DNA of 64,000 nt, taken from assembly GCA_018371455.1 (NCBI GenBank), contig JAHAKV010000005.1, forward strand, positions 32,158 to 96,157, read 5' to 3'. A program made the translations under genes and the position numbers. The stretch comes from Campylobacter concisus. GTDB taxonomy: Bacteria; Campylobacterota; Campylobacteria; Campylobacterales; Campylobacteraceae. The notes beneath the pieces are model-generated. The model was not told the DNA's origin and did no database searches. It saw only the letters and a program-made list of their open reading frames with translations. Shown piece after piece: positions 1 through 11,045 of this stretch. Every line of letters starts with the position of its first letter. The stretch's first letter is position 1.

Positions 1-450
1 GTATTTACGTCGCCACAAAATATCACCTCTTTGCCACTTTTTACTAGCTCTTTGCAGTAAGCTAGAAATTTCTCGTAAAAGTCCATCTTGTAAGCTAGCC
101 TCTCATCGTCCTTTTGGCCGTTTGGAAAGTAGATGTTAAAAAGCACGATATCATCAAATCTATGCTCCAAAACTCGCCCCTCCGTGTCGTCAAAAAAGGC
201 CGCTTTTTGCGTTTGCACGTCAAATTTAGCAAGGCTCATCACGCCAGAGTAGCCAGCCCTTGCGCCTGAATTTACACTTATATCTTTAAAGCCAAGGTTG
301 TAAATTTCTTTTGGCACGTCATCCTCTTTGACCTTGATCTCTTGCAGTCCCAAAAAATCAGGCTTAACCTCATCAAGCCAGCCAAAGCCATCTTTTGCCA
401 CGACTGCACGCAGCCCATTTACGTTCCAGCTAATAAGTTTCAAATTTCAT
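1..450 (-). CDS. xth: Exodeoxyribonuclease III (partial; 3' end lies outside the window)
   Basis: Reverse-strand translation starting at 450 reads [40 protein letters not shown]..., a classic ExoIII/Xth N-terminus. The ORF runs off the window start. Confidence 0.8.
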
Positions 451-496
451 CCTTTTTTTAATTATAATTATGCCAAAAATCACAAAAAGGAAAGTT

Positions 497-862
497 ATGA
501 GAAACCAGCCAACGTATAAATTTTTTAAAAATTTTGGCTACGCAAGAGAGGGTTTGGCTGAAATTTTTAAAAACGAAAAGAGCTTTCGCATAGAAATTTG
601 CATATTTTTGATAGCTACGATCTCGCTATTTTTTTGGAAATTTGACCTTATTTTTAATCTATTTTTGATCTTTAGCATGGCATTTGTGTTAGTTTGCGAG
701 TGCCTAAACTCGGGCCTAGAGCGAGTAACTGATCTTGCAAGCCCAGACTATCATGCCCTAGCAAAGGCGGCAAAGGACGCTGGAAGTGCGGCCGTGATGA
801 TCACAAATTTCTTATGTGGCTCGCTTTGGTGCGTAGCGATAGGATATAAAATTTGGGGCTAG
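497..862 (+). CDS. dgkA: Diacylglycerol kinase
   Basis: DgkA motifs ECLNSGLE and KDAGSAAV are present, with three TM segments. The ATG at 497 has an AAGGAAAG RBS; the ORF-track start at 470 is less likely. Confidence 0.75.
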   Translation: MRNQPTYKFFKNFGYAREGLAEIFKNEKSFRIEICIFLIATISLFFWKFDLIFNLFLIFSMAFVLVCECLNSGLERVTDLASPDYHALAKAAKDAGSAAVMITNFLCGSLWCVAIGYKIWG

Positions 863-1086
863 AAAAAGAAATTTACAAGGCGCTTCTTGGCGAGAAAAAG
901 GTAGAGATCATAAATTTACTTTGCGAGTTAAGCGATGAAAATGGCTTTATCGTGCTTAAAATTTCAGACATTTGCGAAAAGCTAAATGTAAGCAAACCAA
1001 CCGTGATAAGCACGTTTAAGCTGCTTGAAGAGAAGAAAATTTTTGAACGAGTAAAAAACGGAGTTTATAGATTTAAAAATTTATAG
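853..1086 (+). CDS. Small winged-helix (MarR/HTH-like) transcriptional regulator
   Basis: A 77 aa ORF overlapping the end of dgkA, with an HTH-like segment (ISDICEKLNVSKPTVISTFKLLEE). Confidence 0.45.
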   Translation: MGLEKEIYKALLGEKKVEIINLLCELSDENGFIVLKISDICEKLNVSKPTVISTFKLLEEKKIFERVKNGVYRFKNL

Positions 1087-1113
1087 TGGCAAGCAAATGC
1101 CTGCCACTTCTTT

Positions 1114-2679
1114 CTAGCCGATAGTCTCAGCAGCGATCATGCCAAATGTCAAGCAATCAGTTATAGCCACTGATCCTAGACGGCTGGCTCCGTGAACGCC
1201 ACCAGTGATCTCGCCAGCTGCATATAAATTTGGTATAGGCATAGCTGTTTGAGAGTTCATGACTTGAGCTTTTGTGTTGATATTTAGGCCGCCCATTGTG
1301 TGGTGAACTTTTGGTGTGCCACGCTCTGCGTAAAATGGCGGGACTGAGATATCAATGCCCTTTGTCGTAGTCTCAACAACTGGCTTGCCAAAGTCCTCAT
1401 CAACGCCTTTTTTGACAAATTCGTTGTATCTTGCGACTGTTTTTTTGAGCTCTTCAACTGGGATCTTATACTCAGCCGCCAAAGCATCAAGTGTGTCAAA
1501 TTTCTTGCAAATTCCAGCTGCGATAGCCTTTTCATAGTGAGCTGGTAGCATGTGAGGAAGGGCTCTTGAGTCGCAGAAGTTGATAGGGAAGTTTTTATCA
1601 TCTTCGCCTTTTTCGTGGATGACTTTAAACATCGCTTCAGTTCTTGTCCTGCGGTCAGCTAGCTCGTTCATATAGCGTTTGCCAGTTCTTGGATTGACTG
1701 AAATTCCAAATGGAAAAGAGCCATTTACGTTAAACATCGATCCCACGCCAAAGCCTGTCTCATCGGCACATCCCCATGGTCCATACTGGATCCAGCTTGG
1801 CTGAACTGGATAAGCGCCCGCTCTAAATGCCGCTAAAAGTGCGCCAGCTGTTGAGCCTGGTTGGTTTGTTGAGTCTGTCTCAGGTGTGATCCTTGGATCT
1901 TGAAGGCGTCTAAAAATTTTATCTCTACAAAAGCCGCCAGCTGCTAGTACAACGCCTTTTTTAGCTTTTATATATTTTGTATCGCCGCCTTTGTTTTCGA
2001 CGTCGTCACTCATCAAATTGCCATCAAATTTGTAGTTTTCTCTGACGATGACACCCACAACTGCGCCCTTGTCGTCAAAGACAAAATCATCAAATTTTGT
2101 CCTTTTTTTGATCGATGCGCCTTCTAATTTTTCAAATGTCGCAGTCATAGGAAGCACGATGCCAGCGCCACTGCCGACCTCTGTTTGAAGACTTCTTGGC
2201 ACTGAGTGACCGCCTGCATGAGTGATCTGATCGATATATTTTGCACCACAATCAAGTGTGAGCTTGTAGGCATCTTGCGCTCTCTCGCCGATCTTTGCCA
2301 AAAGATCAACGTGGTTGATGCCGCGGCCTGCTTTCAAGCAGTCTTTGATAAATAGTTCGGTGCTATCTTTGATGCCAGCTTTCTTTTGCATGTCGCTATT
2401 TGGAACGGCAAAAATTCCGCCGTTGATGACAGAGTTGCCACCTGTGCGGCCCATCTTTTCGATCAAGACGACTTTGTTGCCTTTTTTAGCTGATGTGACT
2501 CCAGCTGCAAGAGCTGCAAAGCCTGAGCCGATGATGACTACATCATACTCCTCGTCCCATTTGACATCTTTTTCGTTCATTGGGCTGGCCATTAAATTTG
2601 TAGCGCCCATGCCAAGTGCCGTGGCTCCGATAGCGCTAAATTTCACAAAATCTCTTCTAGATAAACCTGAATTTTTCAT
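1114..2679 (-). CDS. Tat-exported FAD-binding flavoprotein (fumarate reductase/urocanate reductase flavoprotein-like)
   Basis: Twin-arginine signal (SRRDFVKFSAIGATALGMGA) and a GxGxxG FAD fold (VVIIGSGFAALAAG). It is 521 aa with no CxxCH motif. Confidence 0.7.
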   Translation of the reverse strand: MKNSGLSRRDFVKFSAIGATALGMGATNLMASPMNEKDVKWDEEYDVVIIGSGFAALAAGVTSAKKGNKVVLIEKMGRTGGNSVINGGIFAVPNSDMQKKAGIKDSTELFIKDCLKAGRGINHVDLLAKIGERAQDAYKLTLDCGAKYIDQITHAGGHSVPRSLQTEVGSGAGIVLPMTATFEKLEGASIKKRTKFDDFVFDDKGAVVGVIVRENYKFDGNLMSDDVENKGGDTKYIKAKKGVVLAAGGFCRDKIFRRLQDPRITPETDSTNQPGSTAGALLAAFRAGAYPVQPSWIQYGPWGCADETGFGVGSMFNVNGSFPFGISVNPRTGKRYMNELADRRTRTEAMFKVIHEKGEDDKNFPINFCDSRALPHMLPAHYEKAIAAGICKKFDTLDALAAEYKIPVEELKKTVARYNEFVKKGVDEDFGKPVVETTTKGIDISVPPFYAERGTPKVHHTMGGLNINTKAQVMNSQTAMPIPNLYAAGEITGGVHGASRLGSVAITDCLTFGMIAAETIG

Positions 2680-3015
2680 GCTCTCTCCTTTGAAGTAAGA
2701 TAATTGCTATTAGGCATTATAGGGTAATTTATTAAAATTTGCAATTTAATTTTTATAATTAAATTTTATTAAAGCTAATTACGAGTGGGACGTAGTTTGA
2801 TAATATTTAACGGGGTTATATTCATTTAAATTTGACTTTAGATTTACGCTAAATTGGCTTTTAAAGTAAATTTGACATAAAGTTTGGAATTTTTATTTTT
2901 AAATTTACAAAAAATAAGTATTAATTAAATTTTGTATTTTGAAAAATTTATGAGAAATTTTAGGATTTAGTTTTTGATATTTGCTTAAATTTATAAATTA
3001 GTTTAAAAGGAGAGT

Positions 3016-3037
3016 ATCGGAGCAAATTTGCTCCGAT
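3016..3037 (-). terminator. Hairpin terminator downstream of the Mop gene
   Basis: Perfect inverted repeat atcggagcaaatttgctccgat immediately 3' of the stop on the minus strand. Confidence 0.5.
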
Positions 3038-3040
3038 AAA

Positions 3041-3460
3041 TTATTTTACGCCAACTATGATTTGAGTTGCTTTGATGATCGCAGTTACGTCGTCGCCTGC
3101 TTTTAAAGCTAAGTTATGAACTGACTCTCTTGTGATAATAGCTGAAATTTTGCTGCCATTTGCGTCGATGATAACCTCAGCATTTACAGCGCCGTCTTTT
3201 ATCTCGCTAACAACGCCTTTGATTTGATTTGTTGCGCTAAGCTTGATGCTGTCGTCTTTTGAAACGATAACGCTTGAAGCTTTGAATAAGAATATAGCTT
3301 TTTTACCAACTTTAAGATCAAGAGCTTTCTCGCTATCAACTGTAATAGTTGCTTTTAGCACTTCACCACCCGCTAGTTTGCCAGCTATTAACGAATTTAC
3401 CGCACCTGTTCTTACTTCTGATATCTCAACATTTAGTTGATTTCTTGCACTTAGTGACAT
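3041..3460 (-). CDS. Tandem Mop/TOBE (molybdate-binding) domain protein
   Basis: A 139 aa protein with two TOBE-like repeats (NQLNVEISEV...; NQIKGVVSEI...). Confidence 0.6.
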   Translation of the reverse strand: MSLSARNQLNVEISEVRTGAVNSLIAGKLAGGEVLKATITVDSEKALDLKVGKKAIFLFKASSVIVSKDDSIKLSATNQIKGVVSEIKDGAVNAEVIIDANGSKISAIITRESVHNLALKAGDDVTAIIKATQIIVGVK

Positions 3461-3676
3461 ATTTTCTCCTTATTTTGATTTAATGTTTGGGTATTATAGA
3501 GTATTATTATTAATGCGAACTTATGATCAATTAATAAAATTTTTTAATATCATAAGTAAAGATTTATAATTTACCAAAGCCCAAAATATCGTACTAAATG
3601 AACTAAAATCTAAAAATTTAATTTAAATTATTTTTGAAAAATATATAAATAAATATTATTTTTTATTATAAAACAG

Positions 3677-3724
3677 ACAAACTAAGATCGTTTCAAGATC
3701 AGATGACTTTAGATCTTAGTTTGT
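3677..3724 (-). terminator. Inverted repeat downstream of prfA (terminator-like)
   Basis: acaaactaagatc ... gatcttagtttgt, 13-bp arms, located 3' of the prfA stop. Confidence 0.4.
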
Positions 3725-3771
3725 AGATTTTTGATTTTTAGTGATTTAGTAAGAATTTATAAATTTTGTGC

Positions 3772-4839
3772 TTAGATGCCAGCTTCAAGCATAGCTTCTG
3801 CTTGATAGTGAGTGATAAGCGGCTCGATAATCTCGTCAAATAATCCTGCAGCCATGATCGCATCAAGGCGGTAAAGTGTTAAATTTATGCGGTGATCACT
3901 TATGCGGTTTTGCGGATAGTTATAAGTTCTTATCCTGCCTGAGCGGTCTCCAGTACCGACTTGACTCTTGCGCTCGCTAGTCTCTTTAGCAAGCCTCTCT
4001 TGCTCTTGCATCTCGTAAAGTCTAGCTTTTAGCACCTTCATCGCAGCTTCTTTGTTTTTGTGCTGGCTCTTGCCGTCTTGGTTTGTGACAACAAGTCCTG
4101 TTGGTATGTGCGTGATCCTAACAGCACTATCAGTTGTATTTACTGACTGACCGCCGTGGCCCGAGCTTCTCATAACATCAACTCTTATATCATTTGGATT
4201 GATCTCGATCTCGCTATCTTCAACCTCTGGCATGATAGCCACAGTCACAGCCGAGGTGTGCACCCTACCCTGGCTCTCAGTCTCTGGTACACGCTGAACC
4301 CTATGTGTGCCACCTTCAAATTTTAGCCTAGAATAAGCGCCTTTGCCTTTTATAAGCACGATAATCTCTTTAAAGCCGCCAGTGTTGCCCTCGCTTTGGC
4401 TAACAATCTCAAATTTATATCCACGAAGCTCTGCATATCTGATGTAAGCGTTAAAAAGATCTCCAACAAATAGTGCAGCCTCGTCACCACCAGTACCTGC
4501 GCGAATTTCTAAAAATATATTTTTATCATCGTTTGGATCTTTTGGAAGAAGTAAAATTTTGATCTCTTCTTCAAGCTTCTCTCTTGAAATTTCTAAATTT
4601 TTAAGCTCATCTTTTGCAAGTTCGCCAAGCTCAGAATCCTCAAGTAAGGCTTTATTCTCTTCGATGTCGTTTAGAATTTGTAGATATTTTTTTGCAGCAG
4701 TTGCGACTGGTTCGATAGATGATTGCTCTTTTGAGAGCTTTGTCATCTTTTCGATATCGTTTGCTATATTTGGATCGCTTAGAAGCGTAGAGATTTCATC
4801 ATAGCGATCCAAAAATGGATGAAGTTTATCAGCAAACAT
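3772..4839 (-). CDS. prfA: Peptide chain release factor 1
   Basis: GGQ motif ([11 protein letters not shown]) and the RF1-type tripeptide region [18 protein letters not shown]. Confidence 0.92.
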   Translation of the reverse strand: MFADKLHPFLDRYDEISTLLSDPNIANDIEKMTKLSKEQSSIEPVATAAKKYLQILNDIEENKALLEDSELGELAKDELKNLEISREKLEEEIKILLLPKDPNDDKNIFLEIRAGTGGDEAALFVGDLFNAYIRYAELRGYKFEIVSQSEGNTGGFKEIIVLIKGKGAYSRLKFEGGTHRVQRVPETESQGRVHTSAVTVAIMPEVEDSEIEINPNDIRVDVMRSSGHGGQSVNTTDSAVRITHIPTGLVVTNQDGKSQHKNKEAAMKVLKARLYEMQEQERLAKETSERKSQVGTGDRSGRIRTYNYPQNRISDHRINLTLYRLDAIMAAGLFDEIIEPLITHYQAEAMLEAGI

Positions 4840-4853
4840 TAAAATTTAATAGA

Positions 4854-5123
4854 TTAAGCAGCTTTTAGAGTATTTACTAATTGAGCAAGGCGACTAACGC
4901 GGCGAGCAGCAGTTTGTTTCTTCAAAAAGCCTCTGCTTACGAAGCTATGGATGCTTTTGTTAGCAACTTTTAAAGCTTCATTTGCAGCTTCAATATCTTT
5001 AGCTTCTACAGCTACGCGCACTGCTTTTGTGATGTTTTTAAGTCTAGTGCGGTAAAATCTGTTTCTTTCTGTTCTTTTTATAGTTTGTCTAGCTCTTTTT
5101 TCAGCAGATTTATGGTTTGCCAT
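4854..5123 (-). CDS. rpsT: 30S ribosomal protein S20
   Basis: [22 protein letters not shown]... is a typical S20 sequence. Confidence 0.9.
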   Translation of the reverse strand: MANHKSAEKRARQTIKRTERNRFYRTRLKNITKAVRVAVEAKDIEAANEALKVANKSIHSFVSRGFLKKQTAARRVSRLAQLVNTLKAA

Positions 5124-5281
5124 AATATACCTTTTTTGATAATTTTAGTCCGTGATTATATGAAAAATATATTTAATTGTAACTGAATTTAAGTCTGCTT
5201 TAAAACAAATAAAAATTTTAGATTTTAAATTTGATAATTTCTGATAAAATAGCACCATTTTATAATAAAAAGGATAAATTG

Positions 5282-6622
5282 ATGAAACTTTTTGGAACAG
5301 ACGGAGTTCGTGGTAAGGCTGGCGAAAAGCTTTCAGCTCAAACATCTATGCGCCTTGCAATGGCTGCTGGAATTTACTTTAGAAAGACCTCAGCGACAAA
5401 TGTGATTTTGGTTGGAAAAGATACTAGAAAAAGCGGCTATATGATCGAAACTGCCATCGTTGCAGGGCTAACTGCAGTTGGCTACAACGTCCTTCAAATA
5501 GGCCCTATGCCAACGCCTGCGATCGCATTTTTAACAGAAAATATGCGCTGTGATGCTGGCATAATGATAAGCGCCTCACACAACCCATACTACGATAACG
5601 GCATCAAATTTTTTGACAGCTTTGGCAACAAGCTTGATGAGACGATAGAGGCCGAGATAGAAAAAATCTTCTACGACGATGAGCTCATCGCAAACGCCCA
5701 AAAGACGATGACAGAGATCGGTGCAAACAAGAGGATCGACGATGTTATCGGCAGATATATCGTGCAGATCAAAAATTCATTCCCAAAAGAGCTAAATTTA
5801 AAGAATTTACGAGTAGTTTTAGATGTGGCAAACGGAGCTGCTTATAAGGTCGCACCAACTGTATTTAGCGAACTTGGAGCTGATGTCATCGTCATAAACA
5901 ACGAGCCAAATGGTAGCAACATCAACCAAAACTGCGGCGCACTTCACCCAGAAGATCTAGCAAGCGAGGTAAAAAGGCTTCGTGCTGACATCGGCTTTGC
6001 ATTTGACGGCGATGCTGATAGACTTGTCGTTGTCGATGAAAACGGCGAAGTTGTGCATGGAGATGCAATACTTGGCTCACTTGCAGCATTTTTACACGAG
6101 CAAAAGGCGCTAAAAGGTGGAGCCATCGTGGCTACGGTGATGAGTAACGCCGCACTTGATGACTATCTAAAAGCTCACAAGATCAAGCTACTTCGCTCAA
6201 ACGTAGGCGATAAATACGTGCTTGAGATGATGAAAGAAAATGGCATAAATTTTGGTGGCGAGCAAAGCGGCCACGTCATATTTAACGACTACGCTAAAAC
6301 TGGGGACGGCCTTGTTACTTCGATGCAAGTCGTTGCTATGATGCTTAAAAAGGGCAAAAAAGCTAGTGAAATTTTTGGCGAGCTAAAGCCGTATCCACAA
6401 ATTTTACTAAATTTAAAGATCACAGAGAAAAAGCCACTTGATAAGATAGAGGGGCTAAAAGAGCTTGAGGCTAGCCTCGCAAAAGAGGGCATAAGATCAC
6501 TCTTTAGATACTCTGGCACTGAAAATTTGATCAGACTTTTGCTTGAAGGCAAAAATCAAACTTTAGTTGAAAAACGCATGGATGAAGTTGAGAAATTTTT
6601 TGTAAAAGCCCTAAATGCGTAA
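5282..6622 (+). CDS. glmM: Phosphoglucosamine mutase
   Basis: [16 protein letters not shown]-terminus and the active-site SASHNP motif. Start taken at the ATG at 5282. Confidence 0.92.
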   Translation: MKLFGTDGVRGKAGEKLSAQTSMRLAMAAGIYFRKTSATNVILVGKDTRKSGYMIETAIVAGLTAVGYNVLQIGPMPTPAIAFLTENMRCDAGIMISASHNPYYDNGIKFFDSFGNKLDETIEAEIEKIFYDDELIANAQKTMTEIGANKRIDDVIGRYIVQIKNSFPKELNLKNLRVVLDVANGAAYKVAPTVFSELGADVIVINNEPNGSNINQNCGALHPEDLASEVKRLRADIGFAFDGDADRLVVVDENGEVVHGDAILGSLAAFLHEQKALKGGAIVATVMSNAALDDYLKAHKIKLLRSNVGDKYVLEMMKENGINFGGEQSGHVIFNDYAKTGDGLVTSMQVVAMMLKKGKKASEIFGELKPYPQILLNLKITEKKPLDKIEGLKELEASLAKEGIRSLFRYSGTENLIRLLLEGKNQTLVEKRMDEVEKFFVKALNA

Positions 6623-7067
6623 AAGCTTAGTTAGATTTTTTATTGCGTTTTTTGTCATTTTTATCGTTGATCAAGCGATAAAAATGATATTTATAGATGG
6701 TTTTTCGTGGGAGGGCGAGTTTTTCTCGCTAGTTCTTACATATAATAAGGGCGTTGCATTTTCGATGTTTGCCTTTTTAGATGAGTGGCTGAAATTTATC
6801 CAGATAGCCCTCATTTTAGGCGTTTTTGTCTATCTAGTCGTTGAGAAAAAACTGCTTTGCTCGCATGCCATTTGGCTTGGAGCTTTGCTAGGAGCTGGCA
6901 GCTCAAACATCACAGATAGATTTATCCATGGCGGCGTCGTGGATTACGTCTTTTGGCACAAGTGGTTTAACTTTGCGGTCTTTAACTTTGCTGATGTGAT
7001 GATTGATCTTTGCGTCGTGATGATACTTTGGCAAAGTTTTAGAAAAAGGAGAGAGAGTGGGAAATAA
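6615..7067 (+). CDS. lspA: Lipoprotein signal peptidase II
   Basis: Small polytopic membrane protein with LspA-like motifs ([16 protein letters not shown]). It overlaps the end of glmM. Confidence 0.8.
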   Translation: MRKSLVRFFIAFFVIFIVDQAIKMIFIDGFSWEGEFFSLVLTYNKGVAFSMFAFLDEWLKFIQIALILGVFVYLVVEKKLLCSHAIWLGALLGAGSSNITDRFIHGGVVDYVFWHKWFNFAVFNFADVMIDLCVVMILWQSFRKRRESGK

Positions 7068-7419
7068 TATCTACGTCGCATACGTGCTTTGGCTACTTAC
7101 TGGCTGGCTTGGGGCGCATAGAATTTACCTTGGTAAATTTATCACTGGCTTTTTGATGATGGGACTATTTTTCGTTGGCTACTCTACGTTTTATTTCATT
7201 ATAGGCATACCATTTTTAATCATCTGGGGCATTTGGTGGCTTATCGATGCATTTTTAGTTGGCGCTTATGTCGAGAAAAATTTACAAAAAGTCGAGCTAA
7301 AAGAGAGACTAAAACTAAAAGATAAAGAGGATGACTTAAAAAGGCTTTACGAGCTTTTTGAGAATGGTGCGATCAGCAAGGCTGAATTTGAAGCTAGAAA
7401 AGAGATACTTTTTAGATAA
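7057..7419 (+). CDS. TM2 domain membrane protein with C-terminal SHOCT-like motif
   Basis: N-terminal TM2-type hydrophobic pair (GWLGAHRIYLGK) and a C-terminal LFENGAISKAEFEARKEIL segment. Confidence 0.55.
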   Translation: MGNNIYVAYVLWLLTGWLGAHRIYLGKFITGFLMMGLFFVGYSTFYFIIGIPFLIIWGIWWLIDAFLVGAYVEKNLQKVELKERLKLKDKEDDLKRLYELFENGAISKAEFEARKEILFR

Positions 7420-7430
7420 GGAGACGTGTT

Positions 7431-7865
7431 ATGGCAGAATATTATCTTTACTTAAAATACCTCCACTATTTGTTTTTCATCTCGTGGATGGCAGTGCTGT
7501 TTTATCAGCCAAGGCTCTACGTTTATCACGTAGAAAATATGGACAAGCCTGACTTTGTAAAAGTGGTTGAGGTGATGGAGTACAAGATGTATCACTACAT
7601 CGGCTGGGTCGCACTAATTGGCTCATTTGTCACTGGTATATTGATACTTATCGCGATGCCTGATCTTATAAAAACTGGTCACATCCATGTCAAAATTTTA
7701 GTTGTCATCTTGATGGCTATCTATCACCTAGACCTTGGACGCTACATGAAGCAGCTTAAAGAGAAACGCTGTAATAAAAGTGGCATCTTCTTTAGAGCTT
7801 ACAACGAAGTGCCAACTATCGCGATGCTCATCATCATCTGGGTAATGATAGTAAATCCATTTTAA
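7431..7865 (+). CDS. hemJ: Protoporphyrinogen IX oxidase HemJ family
   Basis: N-terminus LKYLHYLFFISWMAVLFYQPRLYVYH matches the conserved HemJ (UPF0093) opening. About 144 aa, four TM. Confidence 0.7.
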   Translation: MAEYYLYLKYLHYLFFISWMAVLFYQPRLYVYHVENMDKPDFVKVVEVMEYKMYHYIGWVALIGSFVTGILILIAMPDLIKTGHIHVKILVVILMAIYHLDLGRYMKQLKEKRCNKSGIFFRAYNEVPTIAMLIIIWVMIVNPF

Positions 7866-7871
7866 AGGAAT

Positions 7872-8420
7872 TTGATGAAGAAATTTTTAGCATTTATCGC
7901 TTTGCCAGCGCTCTTGCTCGCAGCAACTCAGTATTTTGAGCCGATGCAGATAAAATTTGACAACAGACTCTACTCGCTAGCAGGCTCAGCCAAGCCTGTG
8001 CCAAATTTATTCACGCAGGAGTACTTGCTGCCTGGCGAGAAGATAGATAGTTTTAGCTACATGCTCTCGCTAAATACCCTTAAATTTGACGCTACACCAG
8101 AGCAAGCAGTCGAGCAAAAGATAAATGATCTAAAAGAGCTAAAGGCAAAAGGGCTAAAAGTAGCTTATAAAAAGGGATCGCTGGCAAATGAAATTTATCT
8201 TGATATCACGATATTTTCAAACCTAAATGGCACTCCAACAGCCGAGCACTCGATATATCGCTACACCAAACAAGGCGGAAATTTAGTCCTTTTTACCATC
8301 CAAAGGCGTGCTTATAAAAAAGAGGGCATTCAAAGATTTGCTACAAATTTCACGATCGAGTCGCAAGACTTTAGCAAAAAAGCCCTAGCCACACCTTTCC
8401 CACAGATCATTAGCAAATAA
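7872..8420 (+). CDS. Periplasmic protein of unknown function (signal peptide)
   Basis: N-terminal signal sequence MMKKFLAFIALPALLLAATQ. No recognisable domain. Confidence 0.5.
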   Translation: MMKKFLAFIALPALLLAATQYFEPMQIKFDNRLYSLAGSAKPVPNLFTQEYLLPGEKIDSFSYMLSLNTLKFDATPEQAVEQKINDLKELKAKGLKVAYKKGSLANEIYLDITIFSNLNGTPTAEHSIYRYTKQGGNLVLFTIQRRAYKKEGIQRFATNFTIESQDFSKKALATPFPQIISK

Positions 8421-8536
8421 AGAAATTTGAGTGTAAATTTAGCCTTTGCACTCAAATTTTAAAACTAGACTTAACAAATTTATCTAAAAATAAAACGAAT
8501 AGTTATATGATAAGAAAAACTCAAAAAGGATAGCCT

Positions 8537-9976
8537 ATGATACATAAAATTCTTATCGCAAATCGTGGTGAGATCGCAGTTAGGATAGTCAGAGCTTGTA
8601 GGGATTTACACATCCAAAGCGTAGGAATTTACACAGCGCCAGACAGCGAATGCTTGCATGTCAGGATCGCTGATGAGGCCTATCAAGTGGGCGAAGATCC
8701 GATCAAGGGCTATCTTGACGCCAAAGCTATTGTAAAGCTTGCAAAAGAGTGCGGAGCTGACGCCATTCACCCAGGATACGGCTTTCTAAGCGAAAACTAC
8801 GAATTTGCAAAGGCAGTTGAGGATGCTGGGCTCATCTTCATCGGTCCAAAGGCCGAAGTCATCAAGAAAATGGGCGATAAAAACATCGCTAGATATCTGA
8901 TGAAGAAAAACGGCATACCGATAGTGCCAGGCACTGAAAAATTAAATGATGAGAGCATGGACGCCATAAAAGAGCACGCTAGACGCATCGGCTATCCAGT
9001 CATCTTAAAAGCAAGCGGTGGCGGTGGTGGCCGCGGCATCAGGGAGGTCTGGCAAGAAGAAGATATGCAAGATGCCTTTGAATCATGCACCAGAGAGGCA
9101 AAAGCATACTTTAACAACGACGAAGTTTTTATGGAGAAGCTTGTCGTCAATCCTCGCCACATCGAGTTTCAAATTTTAGGCGACAACTACGGCAACATCA
9201 TCCACCTTTGCGAGCGTGACTGCTCTATCCAAAGGCGCCACCAAAAGATCATCGAGATCGCACCTTGCCCTTCGATTAGTGAAAATTTAAGAAAGATCAT
9301 GGGCGTGACTGCGGTGGCTGCTGCAAAAGCTGTGGGCTACTCAAATGTAGGAACGATCGAGTTTTTACTAGATGACTACAACAACTTTTACTTCATGGAG
9401 ATGAACACCCGTATCCAAGTGGAGCACGGCATCACCGAAGAGATCACAGGCCATGATCTTGTCGTTAGGCAGATAAGGATCGCAGCTGGTGAAATTTTAG
9501 AGATCGAGCAAAGCGACATCAAACCACGCGGCTACGCGATAGAAGCAAGGATCACGGCTGAAAATGTCTGGGAGAATTTCATCCCAGCACCAGGCACGAT
9601 CGAGGGCTACTACCCAGCTCTTGGTCCATCTGTGCGCGTCGATAGCCACGTCTATAAAGACTACACCATACCGCCATTTTACGACTCACTTATCGCAAAG
9701 CTGATCGTCAAGGCGACCGACTACGACCTTGCTGTAAATAAGCTTGAAAGAGCACTTGAAGAATTTACCATCGAGGGCGTGCGAACGATCATCCCATTTT
9801 TGCTAACGATCAGCAAAAGTAAGGAGTTTAGAAGGGGATTTTTCGATACTAGCTACGTTGAGAAAAACTTAAAAACTATCCTTGAAAACACCTACGATGA
9901 TATGAACAAAGAGCCAAATGACGATCTAGAAGAGGTCATCGTAGAGGCGATAAAAAGATATAAAAAGAAGAGATAA
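8537..9976 (+). CDS. Biotin carboxylase (AccC/PycA-type; length fits pyruvate carboxylase subunit A)
   Basis: MIHKILIANRGEIAVRIVRACRDL N-terminus, ATP-grasp GGGGRG loop, 479 aa. Confidence 0.88.
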   Translation: MIHKILIANRGEIAVRIVRACRDLHIQSVGIYTAPDSECLHVRIADEAYQVGEDPIKGYLDAKAIVKLAKECGADAIHPGYGFLSENYEFAKAVEDAGLIFIGPKAEVIKKMGDKNIARYLMKKNGIPIVPGTEKLNDESMDAIKEHARRIGYPVILKASGGGGGRGIREVWQEEDMQDAFESCTREAKAYFNNDEVFMEKLVVNPRHIEFQILGDNYGNIIHLCERDCSIQRRHQKIIEIAPCPSISENLRKIMGVTAVAAAKAVGYSNVGTIEFLLDDYNNFYFMEMNTRIQVEHGITEEITGHDLVVRQIRIAAGEILEIEQSDIKPRGYAIEARITAENVWENFIPAPGTIEGYYPALGPSVRVDSHVYKDYTIPPFYDSLIAKLIVKATDYDLAVNKLERALEEFTIEGVRTIIPFLLTISKSKEFRRGFFDTSYVEKNLKTILENTYDDMNKEPNDDLEEVIVEAIKRYKKKR

Positions 9977-10016
9977 ATTTATCTCATTGTGGCTTTGGCG
10001 ATAAATTTCGCCAAAG

Positions 10017-10946
10017 CTAAATTTCCACGCAAACTGCGTAAATTTTAGCTCCGTCATTTGCCACAGCATAGAGCCTGCCACCGCTTACTAGCATGATCTG
10101 ATCTGCGCTAAGGCTAAATTTCTCAAACTCTATCTCTTTTAATAGCAAGCCATCTTTAGCGCTTATCAAAACTGGCTTATTTTTGCGGTTTGCAAGCAAA
10201 ATTTGACCATCGACCCAAACAAAATGCTCCGTGCCGCTGGTTTTAAACTTAAACATCACCTCGCCACTTTTTGCATCCACGGCGTATAGATCTCCGCCCT
10301 TGCCAGCGGTGCCAAAGTAAAGCACCCCATCATTCAGGCAAACTGGCGTGTAGAGATATGCGCCAAGCTTTAGCCGCCAGATGGTCTTGCCTATCCTTGT
10401 GCCCTGCTCTTTGGGCGGCAAATTAGCGTTTAAATTTTCATCTTTTGCCGCACTTTTGAACTCTGCGCCGTCTAAAATTTCTTTGCACTCCATCATAAAT
10501 GGCGAGCTCATGCGCACGCAAAAGCCATCAAATTCATACGTTTTAGCGTCGTTATATATCTCTTTTACAGGCTCCTTAGCAACGCCGAGCTCGCTCATCA
10601 GCCCATCATCTATCTTTATGAGCTTGGCTGGTGAGTTTATGTAGCCCTTGTAGTATCTCGTATTTAGCGCGAAGTAGCCATTTTCTGGGTAGCAATGCGC
10701 ACTGCTGGCTATGAAAATTTCGCTTTGTTTATAGGTAAGCGTTGATCTTTTATGCTCGCTAAAGTCGCGTGAAAATGTATCTAGTAGCACGTAGTTTGGC
10801 GTTAGTTTTTGAGCTATCTCTAGCTCGCTAGGCACCCCAAAAGCAAAATGCACAAATGCAATGCGCTCGTCCATCTCATAAATGCCAGTTACGCCGTGCC
10901 CGCGAAACTCCACGCCAGGCATATCAAGAGGATATGATCTAACCAT
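10017..10946 (-). CDS. PQQ-like beta-propeller repeat protein
   Basis: Repeated beta-propeller blades (GVLYFGTAGKGGDLYAVDAKSGEV..., GGRLYAVANDGAKIYAV). Confidence 0.5.
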   Translation of the reverse strand: MVRSYPLDMPGVEFRGHGVTGIYEMDERIAFVHFAFGVPSELEIAQKLTPNYVLLDTFSRDFSEHKRSTLTYKQSEIFIASSAHCYPENGYFALNTRYYKGYINSPAKLIKIDDGLMSELGVAKEPVKEIYNDAKTYEFDGFCVRMSSPFMMECKEILDGAEFKSAAKDENLNANLPPKEQGTRIGKTIWRLKLGAYLYTPVCLNDGVLYFGTAGKGGDLYAVDAKSGEVMFKFKTSGTEHFVWVDGQILLANRKNKPVLISAKDGLLLKEIEFEKFSLSADQIMLVSGGRLYAVANDGAKIYAVCVEI

Positions 10947-11045
10947 GCTAGCTCCTTAAATTTATGGCGATTATAACCCAAATTTCAAAGCACGCTGGGT
11001 TAAATTTGATAAAATTTGCCAAATTTAGCAAATTTAAGGAGCGAT

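Noticed and set aside
328-519. 63-aa ORF from the track
   Set aside because: It overlaps the 5' end of xth on the opposite strand and the dgkA start region. It has no RBS or motif and is most likely spurious.
1284-2698. Several antisense ORFs (1284-1601, 1355-1537, 2315-2698) inside the flavoprotein gene
   Set aside because: They are fully embedded in or antisense to a well-supported 521-aa CDS, and show low-complexity, Ser/Leu-rich translations.
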